DNA from: an uncultured Bacteroidales bacterium
GTDB taxonomy: Bacteria; Bacteroidota; Bacteroidia; Bacteroidales; FEN-979
Reading direction: 5' to 3'
NCBI GenBank assembly: GCA_903916595.1
Contig: CAIWXI010000055.1
Coordinates: 7,870 to 71,869, forward strand
DNA length: 64,000 bases
The position numbers were made by a program, and so were the translations under genes. The notes under the pieces are model-generated. The model was given only the letters and a program-made list of their open reading frames with translations. It made no database searches and was not told the DNA's origin. Positions 37,200 to 46,899 of this stretch are shown here, in pieces (the first letter of the stretch is position 1; every line of letters starts with the position of its first letter).

Positions 37200-37886
37200 T
37201 CAGTTTCCGAATTTTCTGTTAATTTTTTCAAAATGCCGGAGGATTTGCAGCACATCTTCCGCCGTAAGATCATTAAATAATTTATCGGTAAAATACAGGC
37301 GGGCCCAGGCTGACTGAAGAGGAAGGAAGTTGCTGAGCAGGGGAGCATCTCCGCTGCGGATGACAAGATCTACAGGTGTTGTGATTTGTAAATGGGTTAT
37401 AAACTCATTCATATTACCTGAACTTTTTACAGCCTTAATTATTTCTTCATGCGGATCGTAGGCCAGCAGCAGGTTGATCCGGCCTGAAGAATAATTGATC
37501 GTTTGCTGCTCGATCGATTCTATTGCAGTCCTCAGAGAAGCCGGGAGAATGTCGAGGTTCCCTGCTATTACAACCCTTAATTGCCTGTGCCTGGCAAGTT
37601 GGGTGATCTGATTGTTCAATGAGGATTCCAAGATCGCCAGATAGGGTTCCAGGTCCTCCGGTTCTCTTCTGAAATTCTGAATGCTCGAGAGATAAATACT
37701 GAGCTCCTGTACCCCTTTATTGAAAAACATTTCAACAAGAAGCTGCAGAAAAGAGCGAGTACAGGCATATGATTCCCCAAGGGAGCAGCCGTGAGCCTTT
37801 GCCCACCGGCGGCCTCCGTCGGGAATGATCCCCACATGAAGGGGAACTGCTTCAACTGAAGGGTGATAGTAGGCAGTAGTTTCCAT
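37200..37886 (-). CDS. divergent cis-prenyltransferase (UppS-family isoprenyl diphosphate synthase paralogue)
   Basis: GIIPDGGRRWA (compare DGNGRWA) and RSGDAPLLSNFLPLQSAWARLYF (compare RTSGE.R.SNFLLWQ.aYaE.yF). Confidence 0.65.
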   Translation of the reverse strand: METTAYYHPSVEAVPLHVGIIPDGGRRWAKAHGCSLGESYACTRSFLQLLVEMFFNKGVQELSIYLSSIQNFRREPEDLEPYLAILESSLNNQITQLARHRQLRVVIAGNLDILPASLRTAIESIEQQTINYSSGRINLLLAYDPHEEIIKAVKSSGNMNEFITHLQITTPVDLVIRSGDAPLLSNFLPLQSAWARLYFTDKLFNDLTAEDVLQILRHFEKINRKFGN

Positions 37887-37912
37887 TCAGAATCTTATGA
37901 TGGTTTTCTATT

Positions 37913-38872
37913 TTACCTGTTATCCGGCTTTGCTTTGTTAACATATCCCTTTCGGTCAATAATTCTGATCATTGAGTCGCAAAAAATCTTGACCCCGTTC
38001 TGATTTAAATGATCAGCATCATAAAAATCCAGACTATCATTAAGGTTAAGTAAATTGTTAAAATTGTACATAATCCCATTGCTTAAGAAACAGGAATCTA
38101 TTTCTTTCGTATTTATCCAGGATTGATATTTGAACTTGGTAACAGGTGACTGAACTAAAATAAAAGGGATCCCTCTGCTTTTTATAAGCTCCAGGGATTT
38201 TGTGAATGCCTTAAGCTGCATGTTGTTAAAGATCAGCTTGTCTTTTGTAATACTGCCATGGCCAGAAAAATACTTTAACTTGCTTTCAACAAAACCGCCA
38301 TGTATATAAGTATTATCTCCGCTTGTGTATACTTTTTTTAATTTCTTATTCCTGTTGAATATCTGACGGTAGTATGCATATATCAAGGTGTTGTATGCCT
38401 TGACCTGATTAAGGGTAATCACCATTTTTACTGTTTGTAAATCTATTCTGTCGCTGGCAAGAAGATCCAGACCCGATTCGAGGCCATCAAGTGAAAATGT
38501 AAACGGATAAACTTCATATATTATCAGTTTAGGCTGAAGAATACCAAGATATTTTTCCAGCAGCATTTCAGTCTGTATGGGTGTTTGAGCGCTGGAGCCA
38601 AAGTTTAATGAAGTATAACCATGATCACTGAAAATCCTTGTATCGAAACTCCTGTAGGCATGCGAGGACCCAAGAAATAAAATATCTACCTTTTTAAAAT
38701 CAGGAATGTCATTGATCCGGAAAGACATCGCATTATAATAACCAATATAATAATGCATGTTTTTCTTATACGAAGGATTATGAATCAGCTCACCCCATAA
38801 AATTATCGATGAACAATAAAATACAACTGTAAAGAGAGTGAATAAAAATATTTTCATTAAAAACGATCTCAT
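37913..38872 (-). CDS. membrane-anchored SGNH/DltD-AlgX-like partner of the MBOAT acyltransferase
   Basis: N-terminal TM anchor. GSSHAY (Ser) and C-terminal DADHLN (Asp-His) resemble SGNH catalytic residues. The gene lies directly downstream of the MBOAT gene. Confidence 0.5.
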   Translation of the reverse strand: MRSFLMKIFLFTLFTVVFYCSSIILWGELIHNPSYKKNMHYYIGYYNAMSFRINDIPDFKKVDILFLGSSHAYRSFDTRIFSDHGYTSLNFGSSAQTPIQTEMLLEKYLGILQPKLIIYEVYPFTFSLDGLESGLDLLASDRIDLQTVKMVITLNQVKAYNTLIYAYYRQIFNRNKKLKKVYTSGDNTYIHGGFVESKLKYFSGHGSITKDKLIFNNMQLKAFTKSLELIKSRGIPFILVQSPVTKFKYQSWINTKEIDSCFLSNGIMYNFNNLLNLNDSLDFYDADHLNQNGVKIFCDSMIRIIDRKGYVNKAKPDNR

Positions 38873-38882
38873 CTATGACAAT

Positions 38883-40364
38883 TTAGAATTGAAAATAAAT
38901 GAAAGGCGATTCATTTGTCGACATAAACATACCGATCAGGAAAATAATTATGCAATATAGGCACCATCTCAATAGAACCGGCCATTTTAAGCCAATCCCC
39001 GCGATGGCGTATTCCTGTTTTCTGCCAAGCCATTCAACAATAAAAAATAAAGCAATCAGAAAAAATAACACAGGGTCCGTTTTTATATCCGGAGCTGAAA
39101 ATACAGATCTTGTAAAAATTCCGGAAATATATTTAAATGCATCCCCAACGTTATCCGCTCTGAAAAAAATCCAGGAAAACATAATAATTGTCAACGTGAA
39201 CAGAGTCTCAATAAAAATGAAAATACTGTTATTATTGCTGAGGTGTATTCGCTTCAGTAGCCTTTTCCTGGGTTTTACGCTTACATGATAAAAAATCAGA
39301 AAAACACCCTGGATCAGACCCCAGACAATAAACGTATAATTGGCGCCATGCCACAAGCCGGTCAGCATCCATGTTACTGTAATCCCTGTAATATAAATCA
39401 GGAATTCAGTATTTATAAAGTAGAATTTCTCGGATTTTATTTTTCCGGAAACCCAATAAGCGACAGGCAGGAACGTATAATCCCTGAACCATGTAGTAAG
39501 CGACATATTCCATCTTTTCCAGAAATCCCTGATATCCCTTGAAAAATAAGGATAGGCGAAATTCTGCATAATATTAAATCCAAGTAACTTGCCTATTCCT
39601 ATAGCGATATTGGAATATCCGGCAAAATCCGCATAAATCTGAACTGTGAACAAAAATGCTCCGAGTACAAGTGCGCTGCCATTATAGGATTCAAAATCAT
39701 GAAAGACCGAGCTTACATAACCGACACAATTATCGGCAATCACCATCTTCATAAAAACGCCCCAGAGAATTTGTTTTAAGCCGCTTGCTGCACGGGCCTT
39801 ATCGAAGATTCTCAGGGTCTGAATCTGGGGCAGCAACCCTATCGGACGATGGATTGGCCCGGCAAGGATTATCGGGAAAAAGCTAAACGTAAGCAATGCA
39901 TCAAAAACGTTTCGAACAGCCTCAAGCTTATTCTGATAAACATCAATGATGTAGCTTATAGAAAGAAAAATGTAAAAGCTTATTCCCAGCGGCAGAATAA
40001 TGTTGAAAGTTACAATGCTTACTTTAACACCGGACAAGGAAATAAGGCTGGCCAGGCCATCAATAAAAAAATTAAAATATTTAAAAATTATTAAGGTGCC
40101 TATATTGATTATCAGTGCTGCTAAGAAATAGGGTTTACGTTGTGATTTCTTTTCCTTTTTCCTGATCTCAATTGCCAGTAAATAATTTGAAAGCGATATA
40201 AAAAACAACAGGAGTAGAAACCTCCAATCCCACCATCCGTAAAAGATATAGCTGCTGATAAGAAGTACAAAATTCTGAAGTTTCAGGTTGCGGTTAAAAA
40301 CGAACCAGTATAATGAGAAGACAGCAACAAAGAATAAAACAAAGGGAAGCGAAGTAAAAAGCAT
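38883..40364 (-). CDS. MBOAT-family (AlgI/DltB-like) membrane O-acyltransferase
   Basis: 493-aa multi-TM protein with a conserved His region GLWHGANYTFIVWG. Confidence 0.8.
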   Translation of the reverse strand: MLFTSLPFVLFFVAVFSLYWFVFNRNLKLQNFVLLISSYIFYGWWDWRFLLLLFFISLSNYLLAIEIRKKEKKSQRKPYFLAALIINIGTLIIFKYFNFFIDGLASLISLSGVKVSIVTFNIILPLGISFYIFLSISYIIDVYQNKLEAVRNVFDALLTFSFFPIILAGPIHRPIGLLPQIQTLRIFDKARAASGLKQILWGVFMKMVIADNCVGYVSSVFHDFESYNGSALVLGAFLFTVQIYADFAGYSNIAIGIGKLLGFNIMQNFAYPYFSRDIRDFWKRWNMSLTTWFRDYTFLPVAYWVSGKIKSEKFYFINTEFLIYITGITVTWMLTGLWHGANYTFIVWGLIQGVFLIFYHVSVKPRKRLLKRIHLSNNNSIFIFIETLFTLTIIMFSWIFFRADNVGDAFKYISGIFTRSVFSAPDIKTDPVLFFLIALFFIVEWLGRKQEYAIAGIGLKWPVLLRWCLYCIIIFLIGMFMSTNESPFIYFQF

Positions 40365-40444
40365 CTTCAGTACTGATTAAATATTTGACAGTAAAAATAC
40401 GAAAACAAAATCCGGGTACAATTTCTCAGAAACTTTTTTCATCT

Positions 40445-41245
40445 TTATAAATCAGGCATTGTAAACAAATAAGCATCCGGGGGTTGATAACAGGCTTGAA
40501 AATTAATACCGGAAAGACAGATCCTGAAGTCGTTTTTGTTTTTCAGCGATTCCATCAATATCCTGAGTTCAGAGGAAGGGGTATATAAGCTCACTGCAGA
40601 TAACAATCCTGAAATTTCGGAAGATTTCGTATTCATCGGGTCACTGTTATGATATATTACAGAAATCCCGACAAATCCGGTTTGTTTTCCCGACAGGGCG
40701 TGTTGTATAAGCATATCGTAAATGATCCCGAACTGGGACATGATTAAATTATCGGGCAGGTCTGTCAGTCTGATCCCTCTGAAACCGCAGGCTACATCAG
40801 GAAAAGTCAGGTTAAGAAAATGTTTAAACAGGTGAACGGCAAACATGTTGGAGGCAATTTTACTTGCTGGAATACCTGAAAGATCATGAAAACGGTTCCC
40901 CGAAACCAAGTCGTACTTTTCCAGGGCTATGATAAACTGCGGAATATATTGCGGGTCATGCTGGCCGTCTCCATCCAATGCAATAAGATGAGTATAATCA
41001 TGCCTTAATCCATACTCTTTCGCGGTCCTGAAAAACTCGGAAAGGCCCAGGTTCGACTCTCTTGAGAGACAAGTAAACCCACTTTCTCTGACCAGGCTTG
41101 CAGTCTTGTCCTCGCTGCCGTCATCGATCACGACGACATCCTTTTTCCACGTCCCCAGCTTTGCCAGTAAATTCTGGATGTTCTGCTCCTCGTTGTAAGC
41201 AGGAATTGCAATAAGCGCTCTGACGATATCCTTTGAATGTTTCAT
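40445..41245 (-). CDS. GT2 glycosyltransferase (polyprenol-phosphate sugar synthase-like)
   Basis: IAIPAYNEE...VVIDDGSEDKT...ALDGDGQHDP. Confidence 0.75.
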   Translation of the reverse strand: MKHSKDIVRALIAIPAYNEEQNIQNLLAKLGTWKKDVVVIDDGSEDKTASLVRESGFTCLSRESNLGLSEFFRTAKEYGLRHDYTHLIALDGDGQHDPQYIPQFIIALEKYDLVSGNRFHDLSGIPASKIASNMFAVHLFKHFLNLTFPDVACGFRGIRLTDLPDNLIMSQFGIIYDMLIQHALSGKQTGFVGISVIYHNSDPMNTKSSEISGLLSAVSLYTPSSELRILMESLKNKNDFRICLSGINFQACYQPPDAYLFTMPDL

Positions 41246-42006
41246 TCAAACAGATATTTTGGGGACTTAATAAAATGGGCTACAGGTCTCATGGTTTTCA
41301 GGAACAGGGTGAACAGGTTTCCAAATCCGTTTTTTTTCATGGCACGGTAATCTTCCCTCCATTTTTTTCTCACATTTTTCATAGTGCGGTTGCTTACGCC
41401 CCCAACTCTCATTCTTACCATCACTTCAGGAATATATGCAGCGCTGAGTCTGTTTTTTACCAGAAAACGAAGTATGCAATCATAATCAGCTGCGATATCA
41501 AAGCTGGTATCGAAAGCCCCGTATTTCTTATAAAATTCACGTTTCGCATAAAATGTGGGATGAGGTGGTGACCAGCCTAATTTAAATTTCCAAAGCCGGC
41601 AGTTCCCGTATCTGCGGTTTGTAAGAATTTTGCTGATGTCGGCCTGGTCTACATACTGAATATCCCCGTATACCGAATCAGGATTGTCATGCGCGAACAC
41701 TTCCGCCACCTTTTCGAGGACTTTCTCATGGGTAAAGAAATCATCGGAATGCAAAAAACCAATCACATCACCGCTTGCCATGCCGATCCCTTTGTTCAGC
41801 GCATCGTATAATCCTTCATCAGGTTCGCTCACCCATTTGGTGATCCCTGATCCGAAAGAGCGGATGATTTCCGGGGTCCTGTCATGCGAATTCCCGTCAA
41901 CAAGGATATATTCAATATCGGGATGTGTCTGGGACAATACCGATTGTATGGTCTGGGCAATGAATGTTTCGCTGTTATGGCAGATGGTGATGACAGAGAT
42001 CTTCAT
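41242..42006 (-). CDS. GT2 glycosyltransferase
   Basis: ISVITICHNSE...VDGNSHDRT...FLHSDD. It has 4-nt overlaps with both neighbours. Confidence 0.8.
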   Translation of the reverse strand: MKISVITICHNSETFIAQTIQSVLSQTHPDIEYILVDGNSHDRTPEIIRSFGSGITKWVSEPDEGLYDALNKGIGMASGDVIGFLHSDDFFTHEKVLEKVAEVFAHDNPDSVYGDIQYVDQADISKILTNRRYGNCRLWKFKLGWSPPHPTFYAKREFYKKYGAFDTSFDIAADYDCILRFLVKNRLSAAYIPEVMVRMRVGGVSNRTMKNVRKKWREDYRAMKKNGFGNLFTLFLKTMRPVAHFIKSPKYLFE

Positions 42007-43358
42007 TTCTGATCAAGGATCTTTTTAGTAATGTAAAAAGTCAGAAAAGTTATAATGGCAGCTTTTGTAAGATAGTTAATAACAGTAGCAAAATCCGTTT
42101 CCGCCTTCATCACCTGGAAAAACAAGAATGGTATCCATAAGATCAGAGTAGGATTGTTTTTGGATAATGAAACCACGTAAACTATCACCCAGTTATACAG
42201 TAATGAAATGAAGAATATAAAAGCCATTCCTCCCAGGAGTCCGAAGTTGGCATATCCTTCTCCAACAAGTGATATATCCATGCTCGTGGTTTCTGGCAGA
42301 ACGGTGCCGGTGAATCTTTCAAAATTTGCATGGCCGCCGGCCTTTGCCTTGCTGGGTGCAAGAAATCGTGGAAGAAGCGATGCATACAAGGCCGTTTTAA
42401 TGGTTTCACCCCTTACAAAAGGCTGCTTTTCAGGGATGTGGCCCATTATACGTGCAATGATCCACCCCTGATTTAGCCTGGCTGCCATATTGGCCATTGA
42501 TCCCGGACTGAAAATACTGGAAGGGTTGGATAAACGGACCATAATGATCTCTTTATAGATCTCCGAATTGGTCTTTGTGTTGCTGGCGTACCATGTTGCC
42601 AAACGGTACTCCTCTTTGGTTGATTGAACAAGCATTGTAGCAAAGATTCCGAAAGAAACCAGTGCTATTTTGGCCCACATCGGAATTTTTGTAACCATAG
42701 CAATGATCAGGAATGAAAGCATTAACCATTGAAGCACTTCGCCAAACATTCCCTCGAGAATGGCTGCTGAACTGGCAAGCCCCAGAATACCTGCAAAAAC
42801 CAGCCATTTGAACCTGGAGTCACTGAATAGAATCATATACACTCCCACATATTGAAGGTTTGTTACCAGGAACATAAGGAATGTAAGACTTGAAGGCAGG
42901 CTTTTTGTTGCAAACCCTGCAGCAAGTCCGATTCCAGCAAGAATATAGCCCAGATACGGATGTTCATTAAGGTATACTTTCAAGGGCGGGATATCGTCAT
43001 GGTTCACGATCCGCTCATCCTTCAGCGGCAGGTATAAACCCAGAACCATGAAATAGCAGACAGGCACTACGAAATCCATATACACATTTTCCGGAACAGC
43101 CATATAGTAGAGCTCGTCGTAAGGAAGGATATTATAAGCCATGACAGGACCGATAATCCATTGCAATACCGACATGAACGAGATCAGATCGCGGATCTCA
43201 ATACGTTTCCCTAAATCCTGTAAGAACTTCACTGCTAGTCCCGCAAACAGCGCGATACCGAGTTCCGACATATAATAAAGACCGGTAAAAACCTGAAGGT
43301 ATGCGAAGACCACAAGACCAAGCGCTAATAATCGTATGCTGCGATCGGACAAATACAT
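42003..43358 (-). CDS. Wzy/O-antigen-ligase-like polytopic membrane protein
   Basis: About 10 hydrophobic segments with one larger loop. I prefer Met at 43358 (MYLSDRS). The track start at 43421 would overlap the upstream gene by 53 nt. Confidence 0.55.
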   Translation of the reverse strand: MYLSDRSIRLLALGLVVFAYLQVFTGLYYMSELGIALFAGLAVKFLQDLGKRIEIRDLISFMSVLQWIIGPVMAYNILPYDELYYMAVPENVYMDFVVPVCYFMVLGLYLPLKDERIVNHDDIPPLKVYLNEHPYLGYILAGIGLAAGFATKSLPSSLTFLMFLVTNLQYVGVYMILFSDSRFKWLVFAGILGLASSAAILEGMFGEVLQWLMLSFLIIAMVTKIPMWAKIALVSFGIFATMLVQSTKEEYRLATWYASNTKTNSEIYKEIIMVRLSNPSSIFSPGSMANMAARLNQGWIIARIMGHIPEKQPFVRGETIKTALYASLLPRFLAPSKAKAGGHANFERFTGTVLPETTSMDISLVGEGYANFGLLGGMAFIFFISLLYNWVIVYVVSLSKNNPTLILWIPFLFFQVMKAETDFATVINYLTKAAIITFLTFYITKKILDQK

Positions 43359-43368
43359 TCCTGCGGGC

Positions 43369-44541
43369 TTATTTAATGGAACTGAAAATATGATCTTCAA
43401 AACTTTTGCACTCAGCTTCAAACGACCAGTCTGAGATTATTTTCTTCGAAATTTTTCCCATCTCCCGGGCGATCTCAGCCGAAGCCGTCATCTTATCAAG
43501 CAGTTCCACACATTGCTCAACATCCCCTGAAGCAAGGATATAACCGTTTTTACCCTGCTCAACCAGATTGATGGCACAGCCCGATTTATCGCTCACCAGG
43601 ACAGCCTTTCCGCAGGCCATCGCTTCATTCACAACCAGTCCCCAGGTTTCGCCCGGCCCCTGAGACGGTAATGCGAGGATATCGCTCATGTAATAAACCG
43701 CTGGCATCCTGCTCTGGTTTTGAAAGGGGATAAAATGAAACTGGCTTTTTCCCGCTGTGAGATCTTTCATCTGCTGTTCAAGTTGGCCGTTCCCCACAAA
43801 CAGGTAATGAACCCCCTCTCTATTCAGTTTCACTGCTGACTGTATAAGCAGCAGCGGATTTTTCTTCGCTTCAAATTTCCCGACGAAAAGTACAGCAATA
43901 TCGCCAGTCCTAATGCCCAGTTCAGTTCTCCATTGTTCAGCTTCGAGGCTCATCCTGCCTGAAGGGTCGCTAAACCGCCGGTTGTCGATCGCATGCGGGG
44001 CAAAAAACAGATGACCCTCACTGAATCCATGCTTTAAAAAATATTGACGGCTGTTCTCCCCCACATAAAAAGCAAAGTCAGCGCTCCGGTATACATATTT
44101 CAGGATCATCCTTCGAATTGCAGCTTTAATTCCTCCCGATTCATCCAGCAGAGTAGAATCACCTCTGAACGACACCGGGATACGGCCTTTAAAATGACGC
44201 ATGGCATGGTAGTGGGCATGGTAATTCCAGCCGTAAACAAGCAGGGCTTCAGCGCCCCATTCGGTTATATGGGTGTTCAGAGAGGGGCATACGATTCCAC
44301 GGAAGGAACCGGGTCCGGGATTTTTCGAAACGTTGTCAGTAAATTCGTAAGGGTAGCCCTCAAGCAAAGGAATATCCCATTGAATGGTCTTTCCGAAATC
44401 TTTATCAAACAATGAATCTTTACTCTGACTCCAGGTATAAAACACTTTGAGTTCAAGCTTCTCCGAATTTGCAAGCATTGCAAACAAAGGAGCATTATAC
44501 TGGATCGGGTGACTGCTTATAATAGCAAGTTTCTTTTTCAT
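43369..44541 (-). CDS. GT4 (GT-B fold) glycosyltransferase
   Basis: C-terminal PSQGPGETWGLVVNEAMACGKAV is an E-x7-E-type region. The N-terminal KKLAIISSHP is Rossmann-like. Confidence 0.8.
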   Translation of the reverse strand: MKKKLAIISSHPIQYNAPLFAMLANSEKLELKVFYTWSQSKDSLFDKDFGKTIQWDIPLLEGYPYEFTDNVSKNPGPGSFRGIVCPSLNTHITEWGAEALLVYGWNYHAHYHAMRHFKGRIPVSFRGDSTLLDESGGIKAAIRRMILKYVYRSADFAFYVGENSRQYFLKHGFSEGHLFFAPHAIDNRRFSDPSGRMSLEAEQWRTELGIRTGDIAVLFVGKFEAKKNPLLLIQSAVKLNREGVHYLFVGNGQLEQQMKDLTAGKSQFHFIPFQNQSRMPAVYYMSDILALPSQGPGETWGLVVNEAMACGKAVLVSDKSGCAINLVEQGKNGYILASGDVEQCVELLDKMTASAEIAREMGKISKKIISDWSFEAECKSFEDHIFSSIK

Positions 44542-44569
44542 GATTATAGCGCAGGGTTCATTAGAATAA

Positions 44570-45601
44570 TTAATTCCGCATCATCTGGATAACACCAAAA
44601 CGCATCAGGTCAAAAGTTTCTTCATTCATCGACATACCAACCGCAATTCTGGGCAGCTCAAACAGTTTGTGCTCATGCTCCCTTGAAATGCTTGCCGAAA
44701 TAAGAGTTACAGCGGTTTCATAACCACAGGATGCGGCTAGTTTATATTCCCGGGAGGTGGCTTCTTTTATCCCACCGAAAGGATATGCAAAATGTTTGAC
44801 CGCTGTCCCCGTTTCCTTCTCAATTCTCAGTTTTGATCGTTTGATCTCTTCTAGCGAATCTTTCCCGGTAAGCTGGGACAGAACCGGATGACTCACGGTA
44901 TGTGCACCCATGGTTACGAGCTTATCCCTGCTCATCTGTCTTACTTCATCCCAGCTTAAAGCCAGTTCCCCAATCGATTTAAAGGGATCGGTATTGAATA
45001 TCCGGCAAAACATCAGGGCTCTTTCTTTTATCGTAAGTTCACTGCCTTCCTGGATAAGGCTATGGATCTTTCCAAAGGTTTCATTTTTTTCGGCGGATGA
45101 GGAACAGCGGAACTGCATCTTTTCACCAAACCATTCAAACGAAAGATCGGTGTTCTGCAGGATTACATCCTCAACAACATTCCACCAGAGAATCGTCTTT
45201 TTATCGGGGAAGTCGGTGGTGATGTATATATTCAAAGGAACATTATATTTTTGCAGAACCGGTAGCGCATGGTAAAGGTTATCTCTGAAGCCATCATCAA
45301 AAGTAAATACAACGAATTTATTCTTTGCATGAAAGCCCTTTAAAACCAGGTCGTCCATACTTAAAAAATCGAACTTGTGGGCTCTGTAATATAATATCAC
45401 TTTTTCGAGGTAATCGGTGGTTACTTCAAGGTATGAATTTGACCAGATACGCTCCCGCTTATTTTCGGGGATCACTCTGTGGAATGCCAGAATCTGACCT
45501 ATGCCACCATACATTTGTTTGAAAGGGAAGCCGTCGACCACTTTAAGACATCTGGCAGCGATCAGCATGGCCCGGGTCTTTGAAGATGATTTTTCTTTCA
45601 T
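44570..45601 (-). CDS. polysaccharide deacetylase (NodB-homology domain)
   Basis: FTFDDGFRDN and GAHTVSHP motifs. Confidence 0.75.
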   Translation of the reverse strand: MKEKSSSKTRAMLIAARCLKVVDGFPFKQMYGGIGQILAFHRVIPENKRERIWSNSYLEVTTDYLEKVILYYRAHKFDFLSMDDLVLKGFHAKNKFVVFTFDDGFRDNLYHALPVLQKYNVPLNIYITTDFPDKKTILWWNVVEDVILQNTDLSFEWFGEKMQFRCSSSAEKNETFGKIHSLIQEGSELTIKERALMFCRIFNTDPFKSIGELALSWDEVRQMSRDKLVTMGAHTVSHPVLSQLTGKDSLEEIKRSKLRIEKETGTAVKHFAYPFGGIKEATSREYKLAASCGYETAVTLISASISREHEHKLFELPRIAVGMSMNEETFDLMRFGVIQMMRN

Positions 45602-46899
45602 CAGTTTTTCTTTTGTCGGTTTTCCAGAACCTGTTCGAACAGCTTCGACTGCTCCCTGGCTTTAAAATCAGCCTTGTATTGATTGAAATTATCCCAGTTT
45701 GTCTGAGGTTGAAAAGGCAGCCTGCTGATAATTTCCTTTAGTTTCGGCGTTATTTTCAAACTTAATTCATCAACTGATTCATCGGTAAAAGTAATGTAGT
45801 CCCCGGCCGAAAGGGAGTCAATTATTTTTGAGACATTGCTGTTGCCATGAAAAACAGCAAGGATATTGATTTTCGCAAGAATATAGGGAAATAACTTCGA
45901 GGCGGTATAATCTGCATCCCGGGTTCCCGGAATGATAGCAAAATCCGCATCCTTAATAACGGTAAGTGTTTCGAAATAAGGTAATCTTACAACTTCTTCA
46001 AATACAATATCTTCAATACCAAACTCTTTTGCCAGAGGCATTACGGTTTCCCGGGCAAGATGCCTGGGAGCGTAACTTGTTCCCAGGAAAAAGAACCGTA
46101 TACGGTTAATGAGCTCATCCTTAATGCGGTTATCGCTGACCGATTTGAACAAGGCACGAATGGTATAGGCCATGGGAGGAGGGGTAACCCCAACGTAGAC
46201 AATGTTTATATTCTCACCTTTCCTGAAATACCGGTTTAGGATGTTAACCGAATCCAGCACTTTGAAATCAATGTCGGAGGCGCCGAAAGTCAATGTCAGG
46301 GCCGGAACACTCTTAAGAGCAGGGTATCTCTCTCTAAGGGTTTCAATATACCCGGGAGCCACAGAGATCAGGCCATCGGCATGAGGCATAGTCCAGGCTT
46401 CAAGTTTACTGTTCAGCTTATAATCGAACCAGAATTTTTTAGGTCTTTCAGCAGGTTTGAATTTCAGGTAATAGTCATTTCTCCAGGGATCCTGCATGTC
46501 AACAACAAAGGGTATCCTGTATTTTTTTTTCCAGATCCGGCCCAATACGATAACAGTAAACATGGTAGTTGAAAAATAAACCAGGTCGAAACTGTTCTTC
46601 TTCAGGTTCTGTTTTCCCCATTTGTAATAATACCACAGACTTCGGATACCCAGGTTGCCCAGTCCGAACTTACGCGTGAGGCCAACAGGAAATGCATCCA
46701 CATGGTGAATTTCTGATCCTGCAGGGATTGTTTTCAAAAGGATCTCATCCTGCGCCATCTCAATCCGGCCGGGATCAACAGCAACAACGGTAGGCTTCCA
46801 TCCCGTGCTTTCGAAATACGGCAAACTCTGCCTTACCCTTTGCATATCAGCAGCATTGACAGGAGGAAAGCTGGGTGAAATGATGAGAAGCTTTTTCAT
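45601..46899 (-). CDS. GT-B-like glycosyltransferase (weak call)
   Basis: KKLLIISPSFPP N-terminus and GT-B-like size. It lies within the glycosyltransferase run. No sharp motif was recognised. Confidence 0.45.
   Translation of the reverse strand: MKKLLIISPSFPPVNAADMQRVRQSLPYFESTGWKPTVVAVDPGRIEMAQDEILLKTIPAGSEIHHVDAFPVGLTRKFGLGNLGIRSLWYYYKWGKQNLKKNSFDLVYFSTTMFTVIVLGRIWKKKYRIPFVVDMQDPWRNDYYLKFKPAERPKKFWFDYKLNSKLEAWTMPHADGLISVAPGYIETLRERYPALKSVPALTLTFGASDIDFKVLDSVNILNRYFRKGENINIVYVGVTPPPMAYTIRALFKSVSDNRIKDELINRIRFFFLGTSYAPRHLARETVMPLAKEFGIEDIVFEEVVRLPYFETLTVIKDADFAIIPGTRDADYTASKLFPYILAKINILAVFHGNSNVSKIIDSLSAGDYITFTDESVDELSLKITPKLKEIISRLPFQPQTNWDNFNQYKADFKAREQSKLFEQVLENRQKKN

Noticed and set aside
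43359-43421. 53-nt overlap between the Wzy-like gene and the upstream GT4 gene implied by the track start at 43421
   Set aside because: An in-frame Met at 43358 removes the overlap and still precedes the first TM segment, so the longer start is probably spurious.
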